In this document: positions 50,030 through 62,524 of the stretch, one piece after another
Numbering within the stretch: position 1 is the stretch's first letter
Layout: every line of letters begins with the position of its first letter
Position numbers and translations under genes: made by a program
NCBI GenBank assembly: GCA_951406725.2
Contig: OX597838.1
Location: 25,358,001-25,422,000 of the forward strand
DNA length: 64,000 nt
DNA from: Octopus vulgaris
Lineage: Eukaryota
Direction of reading: 5' to 3'
Notes under the pieces: generated by a model
Told to the model about the DNA's origin: nothing
What the model saw: the letters and a program-made list of their open reading frames with translations, nothing else
Database searches by the model: none

Positions 50030-50660
50030 GTATGTTTGGTGAGGTGTAGTGTGGAAGTGTCTGTAGGTTTAGCAGGGTGAGATGTGGTAGCATTTGTTAG
50101 TGTTTGTTTAGTGAGGGGGTAATGTGGAAGTTTGTATGTTTAGTGAGGCGCAGTGTGGAAAATTCTGTTTAGCAATGTAGTGTGGAAATTTGTGTGTGTG
50201 TGTTTAGTGAGGTGTAGTGTGGAAGTGTCTGTGTCTGTAGGTTTAGCAGGGTGGAATGTGGAAGTTTGTATGTTTAGTGAGGTGCAGTGTGGAAAATTCT
50301 GTTTAGCAATGTAGTGTGGAAATTTGTTGTGTGTGTTTAGTGAGGTGCAGTGTGGAAAATTCTGTTTAGCAATGTAGTGTGGAAATTTGTGTGTGTTTAG
50401 TGAGGTGTAGGGTGGAAGTGTCTGTGTCTGTAGGTTTAGCAGGGTGGAATGTGGAAGCACTTGCTAGTGTTTGTTTAGTGAGGGTGTAGTGTGGAAGTTT
50501 GTATGTTTAGTGAGGTGCAGTGTGGAAAATTCTGTTTAGCAATGTAGTGTGGAAATTTGTGTGTGTGTGTTTAGTGAGGTGTATGGTGGAAGTTTGTGTG
50601 TATGTAGGTTTAGTGCTGTGTGGAAATTTGTGCATTTAGTGAGGTATATTATGGAAACTT
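50030..50660 (+). repeat. Higher-order G/T-rich minisatellite (TTTAG...GTGTGGAA)
   Basis: ~28-35-bp monomers in recurring variants, with longer blocks repeated. Confidence 0.85.
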
Positions 50661-51322
50661 TTAAGTTTGTGAGTGTGTATTTTGTGAGGTGTTGTGTGTA
50701 AGTTCCCAGCTGTTGCTTGAAGTGCCTTTGTGGTAATCCGGACATTATCACTTCATCTCCTAACCCTTCATCCCTCAACCATATTTGTATTACCCTTGCT
50801 TTCCCATCATGAGAAATCCTCAACAGTTCCTAGTCCTTAGGGAGTCAGTATGCAGCATACTACCACCACTTCTCTCTTCTTCTCCCCTCTCTGTCTCGCT
50901 GTTTCCACCCCACAAACCTGATGTTACTCATCTCTCCATTACTCCTCATCATTTCTCTCAGCCTGCACCCCCCCACGACAAACAAACCCTGTAATAAACA
51001 CTGTTTTGTTACCTTTTTTATCTTTCCCTTGTTTCAGTCATTGGACTGCAGTCATGCTGGAGCATCACCTTTAAATATTTAATTGAAAAATCAACCCCAG
51101 TAGTTATATATTTTTTTCAAGTCTAGTACCTATTCTATTGGTCTCTTTTGCCTAACTGCAAAGACTTGCACAGACACTTACCACACACACACATACACAT
51201 ACACTTCCTCATAGTTTGCATCTACCAAATTCATTCACAAGGCATTGGTTGGCCCCAAGGCTATACAAACTGCACAATGGGACTGAACTTGAAACCACAT
51301 GGTTGCAAAGCAAATTTCACTA

Positions 51323-51359
<37 letters not shown>

Positions 51360-52143
51360 AAACTTCCTTACAGTCTCCATCTACCGAATTCACTCACAAG
51401 GATCTGGGGTCATAGTAGAAAACAGTTTCCCATGGTATGTGCCATAGGACTGAACCTGAAACCAGATTGCTGCCAATGAACCTTCTTAACCACACAGCCA
51501 TGCCTACATTGCCTCCTCAACTTTCGTCCTCCACAACATCCTCCTTCACCATCTTTCCATTTTGGTAAACTTAGAGCAGTACCAGGCACATATTTGAATG
51601 CGCAAGCATGGGTGAAAGGGTCTGTAGAGGTTAAGAGCTGTGGCCTTCCTGTCCTTTATCTTTCTCGTTGGACTTAATAGTTAATAACAAAGAAAGCAAT
51701 CTGGAACAGCCCTCCTTGCCTCCGCATCCTGCCTACATCTCATTCCACCCACATAATCTGTCAATCATCAACCGTATCTCATCAGATATCATCTCTGTTG
51801 CTGGATCAGGAAGACTAAAAAGTGAATGGAAATAAGTGTGTGGGTGTGTATGTAGATAGACACATAGAGAGAGAGAGAGACACACGCACACATACACACA
51901 TTACTACTAATATACTCAGACATATAAGACACACACACACATATGCATGTACAGACAGACAGACAGATAGACAGACAGACACACACACACACACACACAC
52001 ATGTATTGCTAATATACTCTGACACGTAAGATACACACGCATATGTGTATACAGACACAGACACAAAGTGGCGCACATACAAATACACACACATACACAC
52101 ATACAAATGCATACACATACAGATGCAGAGGCATACACATTCA

Positions 52144-52178
<35 letters not shown>

Positions 52179-53319
52179 TCACTCATACAAACACTCACTC
52201 ATACACACATCCACACACCCACTGACACACACACACACATGCACTGAGTGAGATACATTGACATACACACACAGACATACAGGTTCATAAGATACACAAG
52301 AGCCACTTATTGCTGTTCCTCTCTTTCACTCTCTCTCTCTCTTTCTCTCTCTCAAAGCAGCTCCGTTCCTCTACAACAACCATCATCAAATGCCATTCTT
52401 CACATATCTACATACAAACTCCACTCCCCACCTCTACAACATCCACTTAACGTTTCCCCTCTCTCTTTCTCTCTCGCTCTCTCACTCACACACACACACA
52501 CATACGTTTCCTCCTCCCACCACCTGTTAATGTCTCTTTAGTCATGTGACATCTGTCCTCATATTGTCCTTATCTGTGACATTGGTGGGTTTCACAGGTT
52601 TTTGCTTTTTCGTGATTTTCTTCTAGTTGTAAAACCCCCAGGTGTTGTTGTTGTTGTATTGGTTCTTATTGCCGTGGTGATGGTGGTTGTGATGGTAGTT
52701 GCGGTGTTGGTTGTGATGGTGGTTGATAGTGGTTGTTGTGGTGTTGCTTGTGGTAGTGGTTGTTGATGTGATGGTGATTGTAATGATGGTTATTGTGGTG
52801 ATGATGATGGTGGATGTTGTTGTTGTTGTAGTAGTAGTTGTGGTGTGGTTGTTGCATATTACTCTCATTGATTATTGAGAACCACATACATTTGGGAGAG
52901 TAACAGGAGGAGAGGAAGCCAGCTTTGAGTGTCAAGAAAGGAGAGCAAACTAGATGTGGTGAGAGAGGAAGCAAGTTTGGAATGGCAAGAAGTTGAGCAA
53001 ACTTGAAGTGGTATAAGAGAGAGTAAATTTGGAATGGCATGAAGGAGAGCAAGCTGGAACAGAGAAGGAGAGCCAGGCTGGAATGGTGAGAAGGAGAGAG
53101 GTAAATGGGAGAGTTTCTTCTAGAAATCTAGCTGTAAGCCATGGTGTTTTGTAATGTCATAATGGTTGTGGTTGGTGTCATTATTGTGGTTGCAGCATAT
53201 ATCTAGTTGAACTGGTATAGTGGCAGTAAATTTTTCTCATCTCTGAGAGAATCTGGCTGCAGTGATGGCTTGTGTTGGTCAGCCACATGCTGTATAGTCA
53301 AGATGGATGAGGAAATTTA

Positions 53320-53737
53320 AGGTGGCAAGTTGGCAGAAACGTTAGCACGCCAGGCAAAATGCTTAGTGGTATTTTGTCTGCCGTTACGTTCTGAGTTCAA
53401 ATTCCGCTGAGGTTGACTTTGCCTTTCATCCTTTCGGGGTTGATAAATTAAGTACCAGTTACACACTGGGGTCAATGTAATCGACTTAATCCGTGTGTCT
53501 GTCCTTGTTTGTCCTCTCAGTGTTTAGCCCCTTGCAGGTAGTAAAGAAATAGCTATTTTGTCTGCCTCTACGTTCTGAGTACAAATTCCACTGAGGTCGA
53601 CTTTGCCTTTCATGCTTTTGGGGTTGATTAAATAAGTACCAGTTACACACTGGGGTCGATATAATCGATTTAATCCATTTGTCTGTCCTTGTTTGTCCCC
53701 TCTGTGTGTAGCCCCTTGTGGGCAGTAAAGAAATAAG
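53320..53737 (+). mobile_element. Tandem dimer of Nin-domain-type SINE
   Basis: Reverse complement of 35694-36100. Confidence 0.85.
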
Positions 53738-54404
53738 AAATAAGATGGATGAGGAAATAACTTTCCGAGATGGAAACTGAGAGGACACTGCTCAGAGGAG
53801 TGGTCAGGAAAACCTGAGTAGATACCAAGAAATAGTGGAAGCAACAATGCACTGCAACAGCACATGCCTCCCCACCCATGTCTGACTTGACTTGTGGTTT
53901 TGTAGTGAGATAAAAGTGATATAAGTAGTATAAAAGTATAGAGGTGGAAAGAAGTGATATAAATGGGATAAAAGTAATATACATGGGGGAAGCCTGCCAT
54001 CTGGTGAAGGAAGTATGCCGCCCAGTGGTGGAAACTTGCCACCTGATGGAGGAAGCTTGCAGCTTGGTGGAGAAAGCTGTAGGATGCCTGCTACCCAAAG
54101 TGCTGAGCCGTGCTGGGGGATTCTAATAACTACTGCAAGAAACTGTAGCAGAGTGCCACATTCTTCGTCTGACTGATCAGTGGTACTTGGGAAACATCCA
54201 TGACTTGTGCACCACTTATTGGCAGACATGAAAGGAGGCAGGTTGAAGGTCACTTGGTAGTGGACATTTCAAGATGGGCTGAAGACACTGTGTGGAATGG
54301 GTGGAGGAAACCTGAGGAAGGAAGCTTGCCAACATATTTATTTATTGTCAGTAGTGTAGTTTTAGTATTAGTGCTTCGTCTATATCATAATAATAATAAT
54401 ACAT

Positions 54405-55253
54405 CAGATGTGGTGTGCAAGAGAGATGATTGCGCTAGTATGGTTATGCGTTATGAATGGATGGGGATGGCTGTGAAAAAATGTCACACCCTAGCAGTTG
54501 AGGGAACCTGTGGAAGAGGTAGACCCAGGAAGACCTGGGATGAGGTGGTGAGGCACGACCTTTGAATATTGGGCCTCACCGAGCCAATGACAAGTGACCG
54601 AGACCTTTGGAGATATGCTGTGCTTGAGAAGACCCAGGAAACCAAGTGAGACCATAACCGTGGCCTATGCAAGGGCTGTATAACCAGCCAATTTAAGAGT
54701 ACCCTTCAGTCATTGGGCAATAAATTACACTTGTGAAGACCTGTTGAGACAAGTTAAATCATTGTCGTGGCAGATGACAGTACCGTTTGATTGGCACCCA
54801 GCTAGTAGAATGTTAAAAGCACCATTCGAGCATGATCGTTGCCAGGGCTGCTGACTGGCTCCCATGCTGGTGGCATGTAAAAGGCACCATTCAAGCATGA
54901 TTGTTGCCAGCATCGCCTGACTGGCTCCTGTGCCAGTGGCATATAAAAAACACCATTTGAGCTTGGTTGTTGCCAGTGCTGCCAGACTTGCTCCTGTACA
55001 GGTGGCATGTAAAAAGCACCATTTGAGTGTGGCCTATGCCAGTACTGCCTGACTGGCCCTTGTGCCAGTGGCACGTAAAAGCACCCACTACACTCTCGGA
55101 GTGGTTGGTGTTAGGAAGGGCATCCAGCCGTAGAAACTTTGCCAGATCAGACTGGAGCCTGGTGCAGCCTTCCGGCTCGCCAGCCCTCAGTGAAACTGTC
55201 CAACCCATGCCAGCATGAAGAGCATATGTTAAATGATGACGACGATGATGATG
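54405..55253 (+). mobile_element. RTE LINE 3' end: ORF remnant, 3'UTR with tandem units, (ATG)n tail
   Basis: VKKCHTLAVEGTCGRGRPRKTWDEVV followed by five GGTGGCA(T/C)GTAAAAAGCACC-type units. Confidence 0.9.
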
Positions 55254-56525
55254 AATCCTTTCTACTAAAAGCACAAGGCTTGACATTTGGAGTGGGTATT
55301 TGATTACATTGACCCCAGGACTTATTTTGTTTAAGCCTGGTACTTATTCTATCAGTCTCTTTTTCTGAATCACTTAAACTGCAGGAATGTAAACATCAAG
55401 TGGTGGTGGGGACAAACGCAAACATATATATATACATATATATATAGAGAGAGAAAAAAAGAGAGAGAGAGAGATGACAAGCTTCTTTCAGTTTCCATCT
55501 GCCAAATCCATTCACAAGGCTTTGGTTGGCTTGAGGCTATAGTAGAAGACACTTGCCCAAGGTGCCATGCAGTGAGACTGAATCTGGAACCATGTGCTTA
55601 GGAAGCAAAACTTCTTATGAGACAGCCACGCCTGAACCTATATATATATATATAGAGAGAGAGAGTATGTGTCAGTGTGGTAGCAACAAGATGTATGGGA
55701 GGTGGGTGCGATGACGGAGGTTGATCAGAGGAGTATGAAATAAACAGTCAATATGATTTATAGAAGTTAGATAAACTCACAATTTCCGACATATTGTAAC
55801 GGTCACATTGGACGAGTATCGATGGTGTAACTAGTGAGAGAGAGAGAGAGAGTTTTTGCTGTGTAGTTAGTAGAAGTGTAGGTGATCAGAGGAGGGTGTG
55901 TATGGTACGGTACGGTATGGCGAAAACATCGATATGATTTATAGGAGTTAGATATACTGACAATTTCCGACATATTCACTGCATGACAATTATCTCGGAA
56001 CACAATTGCTGTCATTGCTACAAGTTATTTGCTCTTCCTTCTCCTCCTATACTTACTACTACTACTACTACTACTACTACTAGGAGTCTGTATTGTTTTC
56101 TGTTAATCTAACCCACACACCATTCTTTTTCTTTCTCTCTCTATAAATCATATCGATGGTGTAACGAGTGAGAGAGAGAGAGAGAGAGAGCAATCTTTCT
56201 TTGAGCAATCTCTATATGAAGTTCTTGTTAGTCTAAAACTCTTCTGGCCTTCTCTTGTTCTCTCCCTCCCTCACTCCCTCCTCTCCATATCTCTTGTCTT
56301 TGCTCCACATCTCTTGCTCTCTCTCTCTCTCTCTCTCTTCATTACTGTCTCTCTCTTTCTCCTTCCCTCTCTCTCTTCACCATCCTTCTCTCTCACTCTC
56401 TCTTGTAGATGTGCATTCATTGTTTCTCATTTTCTGTCTATATCTCCTTCTCTCTCTTTCTCTTCCACACTTTCACCTTCTGGTTAGAGAAGCACACAAA
56501 CATACACACACACACACACACATGC

Positions 56526-56564
<39 letters not shown>

Positions 56565-56578
56565 TGCATTTATGCATA

Positions 56579-56770
56579 TATGAGGGGTTGATGAAAAGCC
56601 TGGTTGGAGGCCCAACTTTTCGAGTTCTTTTACAGGGCTTAGGAAAACTGAAGGACCACTACAGTAAGTGTGTGAATCTGAGAGGGGAACCTATTGGATA
56701 AAATTATAATGAACTGACCCTCCTGTATTTCCTTTTACCCAAAGCCAGGAACTTTCCAGCACCCCCTCAT
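56579..56770. mobile_element. Mariner-derived MITE (family of 21762-21982)
   Basis: Shared body and 3' TIR. Confidence 0.8.
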
Positions 56771-57511
56771 GTGTGTCTGTGTATGTGCGCGCACACACAC
56801 ATGCGCACTACCCCTTCATGTACCATTAACTCATTTCTCCTCCCACTTCCTTTGTACTTTCCTGTCCCACACAAGAAAAAAGTGAGAGAGAGAGAGAAAG
56901 CCATCCATCCGGCCATCCATTCATTCCTGCAGCCATCCATCAATCAATTAATGTAATGATGTCCAGCCCCCCCCCTTTCCGATAAAAAAACACAAACAAT
57001 AACAGCAGCAAAAACAGGCTGCTGCTGATCACCTTTAAGGCCTGTGTTGTTACTTGAGTGTCCAGCCGGTCATTGTTATAATAATGTAGTAGCAGTGATG
57101 ATAGTGTAGAGGCGGTGGTGGAGGTAGATGTTGGGGTTTACAGAGAGGATGGGACAGTGGCGAGTATGGGGAGAGCAGGGGTTGCCAGCAGATTATCATG
57201 ATGGTAGTAGCAGTGATGGTGATAGAGATTATGATGCTAATGATGGTGGTGGTGATGGTGGTGATGGTGAGGTGTGTGAGGGGAGGGAGTAAGGGGTGTT
57301 GGGTCATAGGGATTATGGTGATGGTGATGGTGATAAAAGTAGGTGATATGGGTTACTGTAATGTTGATAGTGGTGATGGTGAGTACGATGCTGGCTGAAA
57401 GTTGTGCTGATGAGGATGTTGATAAAGATGATGGTCTTTTATTTTTCTGTCTTTTATTTGTTTCAGTCATTGGAGTGTGGCCATGCTGGGGCCAACACCT
57501 TGAATTGACCA

Positions 57512-58230
57512 CATGATAAAATTAGCATACCATGAAGTTAGCATGTCATAAAGTTAGCACGTCATAAACTTATTACTTCATAAAATTAGCACATCATAAA
57601 GTTGGCAAATCAAAAAATTAGTTTGTCATAAAGTTATTATATCATTAAGTTAGCATGGCATCTCAAAGTTAGTGAATAATAAAATGAATGTATCATAGAG
57701 TTAACAAATACAATCATTCATCAACAGATGCTTGCATAGTGTACTTAAAATTAGATGGCCCGAACACATAAGCAATATGGAGCTATGGCAAAGAACAAAT
57801 GAAGTTTCGATTAGGGAGCAAATATTTAAGAAAAACTGAAAGTGGATTGGTAGCACAATTAGAAAAGGAACACCAACTGTAGCGAAAAGTGCTTTACAGT
57901 GGAAACTGGATGGATATAGAAGGAGAGGTAGGCCTTAGAATTCGTGGCGTAGGTCAACACAAAAGGAACGAGAGAAAGGGGGACATTCATGGCAGAGTAT
58001 AAGTACAGAAGTGAAAAATTATGCAAGATGGAATTCAACTATAAGTGGCCTATACTCCGCGTTGGAGGGCTAAAGGTAGGACAAAAATCATAGAGTTAAG
58101 GAGTTATAAAGTTAGCATTTTATAAAGTTGACACATTCTGCATTTAGTCCATTATAAAGATAGTATTTCAAAGTTAATACTTCAAGAGAGTATTACTCAT
58201 AAAGTTGACACATCTTAAATTTAGCATGTT
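57512..58230 (+). repeat. 17-bp minisatellite (AAGTTAGCACGTCATAA) split by a LINE insertion
   Basis: Units at 57512-57705 resume at 58085-58230. Confidence 0.8.
57710..58075 (+). mobile_element. RTE LINE 3' ORF fragment (third RTE lineage)
   Basis: FINRCLHSVLKIRWPEHISNMELWQRT...KWIGSTIRK...ALQW...RRRGRP with stops. Confidence 0.85.
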
Positions 58231-58351
58231 GATTAAAGATGATGGGCTCTGTTCCTTACTCACCAATAAGAGTAGAAAGTGATTATTCTGTCATATGTTA
58301 AGATGTGTGTGTTGCAATTTGATGATGAAGAATTTTGTCGAATGTTGTTTT

Positions 58352-58392
58352 GTGCTAAAAATTTGTTTTTTTTCTCCTATTTTTAGGTAAGT
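58352..58392 (+). promoter_or_regulatory. Candidate recursive splice site (3'SS directly joined to 5'SS, TAG|GTAAGT)
   Basis: GCTAA branch-like motif, TTTGTTTTTTTTCTCCTATTTTTAG, then GTAAGT at 58387-58392; sense to the syntaxin exon. Confidence 0.6.
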
Positions 58393-59051
58393 GTGTGTTT
58401 GGATTTCTTGCGAAAACTCGGGTGGCACAGCTGGAGATGGTTCTCACCGCCTGTCTTGTTGTGGAACAAAGCGGATGCCAAAAAAAAAAAAAAAGAAGTA
58501 ACTAAGATGGTTTTTGGCTGTGGTTTTAGCTTCCTTCATTTCAAGTAACTTTTGTTTCTATTTTGTTGTTATCAATGTGATCAGTAGTGTCATTATTATC
58601 ATCAGTCAATATGATCATGAACACCAGTCATCATTCATGATCATGAACACCAGTCATCATTCATGATTGTCCAGTGTCTTCATCACCGTCCTGTGTCTTT
58701 GTTGTCCACTGTTAGCCTGACTCAGGGCATTCATCATTATTCCATATCATCATCATCATCATAATAATCATTATTATTGTTTGTCACTTGAGTCATAAAA
58801 CATACCAGTAATATACTGTGATACAAATTTGTGTTTTAAAGCAAAAAAAAAAAGTGAATAATGTTTTGCAGTGTCTCTGTTGTTACTGTTTAAAAATATC
58901 GACCAAAATAGGAGGCCAGAAGATGGGGAATGGGGAAAAATAAAATTTCAATCCCTGCATGCAAAGCTAAATTTAACCCTAACCCCATTAGACACTGATC
59001 TCTTCTGTGCTGAAGGGGTGGTGGTGGTGGTGAATCTGAATGATTAGTGGA

Positions 59052-59087
<36 letters not shown>

Positions 59088-61211
59088 AATACACATACAC
59101 ATATCTTCATGTATATATATATATATCTGTGTGTATGTGTATATATGTGTATATATGTGTGTGTATATGTGCATGTGTGTGTGTATAGATGTGTATGTGT
59201 ATGAATGTATGTCTATATGTGTGTATGTATATATGAGTATATATATGTGTGTATATATATATTATATTATATATACAAGTGTAATTATATTCCTTTTTTC
59301 AGAGCCTGCTTCCCTCAGCAATATGTACTTGTGTCCTTGAGCACACCATTTTGTGTGTGTGTGTGTGTGTTGTTATTGTCCATAGATTTGTGCACAACTC
59401 CTTAATCCATTAAAGATTATCCATATTAAATCCCCCCTACTTTTTATAGAACTAAGATAATACAATTGAAAGGTACTAACGTCTGTGGTTATAAGAATGA
59501 TGATGGTGGTGGTGGCGATGATGACGGTGGTAGTGGTGGTGGTAATAGTTGTAGTAGGATGGGTATAGACAGACAGACAGACAACTGGGAAAATAAACAA
59601 GGGATCCTCCTCATGGTCACACTGTCTATTAGAAACAATGTCTAAAACTTCCTCATTACCCCACTGTACTATCTCAAAAGAAGAAACAATAAAGACAGTC
59701 TCATTGGATAATGTAGTCCTCTCTACCTATCCTTCTCCTCCTTCAATGCATCAGCCTCTCCACCTCTATCACTTCCTCCCTCTCCTTCAAATGCTCTTCT
59801 TTACTCACCCTTATTCCCTCCAGTCTTCTCTCTTACTCTATTTCTCTTTCTCTCTCTCTCTCTCTCTCTCACTCACTGTACCTTTCTCCAACTCAGTTCT
59901 TCATTGCCTTGTCTTTTCTCTATTCCCATTGTCTCTAAAAAGTCTCTCGCAACCTGTCTCTCTTCCCTTTTTTCTCTCCCCTCTGTTGACTTCTCTCTCT
60001 CTCTCACTCTCTTTTGACCTAACCCTCTCCTTTATCCCTTCTTTTTCTCTATCCCCAGCTTCCCCTCTACTCTAAACCTTATCCCTCTCTTCAACTTACC
60101 CTCTCTTTACTTTCAACCTTTGCTTCTCTCTCTCACCCCTCTGTTGACTTCTCTCTCTCTCTTTCTCTCTGTTGACTTCTCTCTCTCTCTCTCCTCTGTT
60201 GACTTCTCTCTCTTTCATTCCTTCTCTTTTTACTGTCTCGCTCTCACTCTCTTTTGGCCTAACCCTCTCCTTTATCCCCTCTTTTTCTCTATCCTCAGCT
60301 TTCTCTTTGCTCTAAACCTTCACCCTCTCTGACTTCAACTTTTCCTCTCTTTACTCTCAGCCTTCCCCCTCTCTCTTAACCCTTTCCTCTCTACCTCTTT
60401 GTCTTCCTAATTCTAGTACCTCTTCCCCCTGTACACACACTACATCATGTATAAGAGACAGGATCTTCTTAAGCTTTGACCCAGTTAAGGTCTGTAGGTG
60501 GTGGTGGTACTTGCACTGGTGGTGTCTCTCTCCAGTGTAATACTCTACTCTTAAAAATCACAGACTGTATTGACCCAACTGTTCAGATATTAGACACTTA
60601 GAGTTCAAATCCAGCTCCAGGCAGTCTATTTTGAAACTTCCAAGTTCATGACCAGTTTCAAGTAACCTTCTTTGAATCTTCCACGTTTACGTATGGCTCC
60701 AGGCAGTCTATTTAGAAACTTCCTGGTCACGAGTATTGATTTCACATCCAGCTGCAGACTGTCTACTTCTAAACTCACAAGTGACTGACATCCCATCCAG
60801 TGTCAGATTTGCCTCTCATCTACTTTGAACCTAGGGTCGAGCAGCCAGACATCAGCTGCTCTGGGTTACGAGGGTCTCATGAGCGTTTTTCTACGGCTCT
60901 TGTGGTTAGTTCTTGAGGTTGTTTTAACCACTGCAGCAAGACCAGGCTGGAGCAGTAGTTTCAAAGTGGTTCATGAAAAGGATTTTTGTTTTGTTTTTAA
61001 AGACTTATTCATTGTTTACTACTTGTGCATTTTTCTAAGTATTTTGATTGAGTTTTAGCATATCTGAACATTGTATACAATAGGTTCATTATTTATAAGT
61101 GGGATCCACCTTTGTGTCATGTTTTCTATCTTCTTGCCCATCTTGTCAAACAGCAAATCCTGGGTCATTGACATCATTGAGTATCAAAACAGGATATCTG
61201 TGTAGTGTGTG

Positions 61212-61552
61212 AAAGCACATGGCTCAGTGATTAGAGCATCAGGCTCACAATCACAAGGTAGTGAGTTCAATTCTCAGACCAGGCTGTTGTGTTTGTGTTC
61301 TTGAACAAGACATTTTATTTCATGTTGCTCCAGTTCACTCAGCCGTAGAAATGCGATGTGACATCACTGGTACCAAGCTGTATCAGCCTTTGCCTTTCCC
61401 TTGGATAACATCAGTGGCATGGAGAGGGAAGCTGGTATGCATGGGCAACTGCTGGTCTCCCATTAAAAAACTTGCTCAGACTAGTGCCTCGGAATGTAAC
61501 TTTGTATGTGCAATCCCATGGTTATTCATGACCAAAGGGGCCTTTACCCTTT
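61212..61552 (+). mobile_element. tRNA-derived SINE (family of 25631-25975)
   Basis: Colinear with 25631-25975. Confidence 0.85.
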
Positions 61553-61684
61553 TAGTGGCCTGTATATCTATGCAATATCTCAAGTGTTTGTTGTGTTACA
61601 GTATCATGGAGCAGAAGGGCTACATTAGATAATGTAGTCCAGGAGTATCTAATCTTGGGTTCTTTCTGACCTCTAGGAACCTAT

Positions 61685-62032
61685 TCTTTTATTGTTTTAC
61701 TTGTTTCAGTCATTTGACTGTGGCCATGCTGGAGCAGTGCCTTTAGTCGAGCAAATCGACCCTAGGACTTATTCTTTGTAAGCCTAGTACTTATTCTATC
61801 AGTCTCTTTTATCAAACCACTAAATTACGGGGATGTAAACACACCAACATCGGTTGTCAGACAATGGTGGGAGGACAAACACAGACAAACACAGTTTCCA
61901 TCTACCAAATCCACTCACAAGGCTTTGGTCGACCTGAGGCTATAGTAGAAGACACTTGCTCAATGTGCCATGAAGTGGAACTTAACCTGGAACCATGTGG
62001 TTGGGAAGCAAGCTTCTTACCACACAGCCACC
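61685..62032 (-). mobile_element. CORE-SINE
   Basis: Reverse complement of 12004-12385; further copies at ~6290, 7960, 18065, 32600, 48215, 51020, 55310 and 63935. Confidence 0.85.
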
Positions 62033-62524
62033 CCTGATATGCCTCTCACTGCCCTTCTTCTTAAGAATCTCGGATGAGCTGCAGAAGAGAGAAGAGATGT
62101 CAGCAAATTGTCAGAAGCTACTGAGAAAGCAGGTCAATGCATCTGGCTCAAGAGAGAGACAGTGAATGATGCAGCAAGAATGAGCATTGATGATGGTAGG
62201 AGGATAGAAAGATCTGACTCATTGTCATGAAATCTGATTCAGCATAGTTCATGTTATTGTGTGAGAGTTTTGTTGCTTACATCAGTGGGTGCCCCAGGGG
62301 CAGTTTTGTTGTCACTTGTGGAAAGGGGTCAAAATGCCTGCAGAATTGCTTCACCACCTGATGAGGCATTGACCCTCTTGCATTCAAAGACAGAATAGAA
62401 TACAGCAGAACTCTCACCACACAAATGTTTACCGTAAATGTAGATAAGGACTTGTATTTTCTCTTGTCTCTTCAAGAGTCTCAGATTAGCTGCAAAGAAG
62501 AGGAAAGATGTCAGAAAATTGTCA

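Noticed and set aside
53770-54335. Overlapping 140-170-aa ORFs as a nested gene
   Set aside because: No recognisable domain or splice signals; partly SINE sequence; probably a decayed retroelement.
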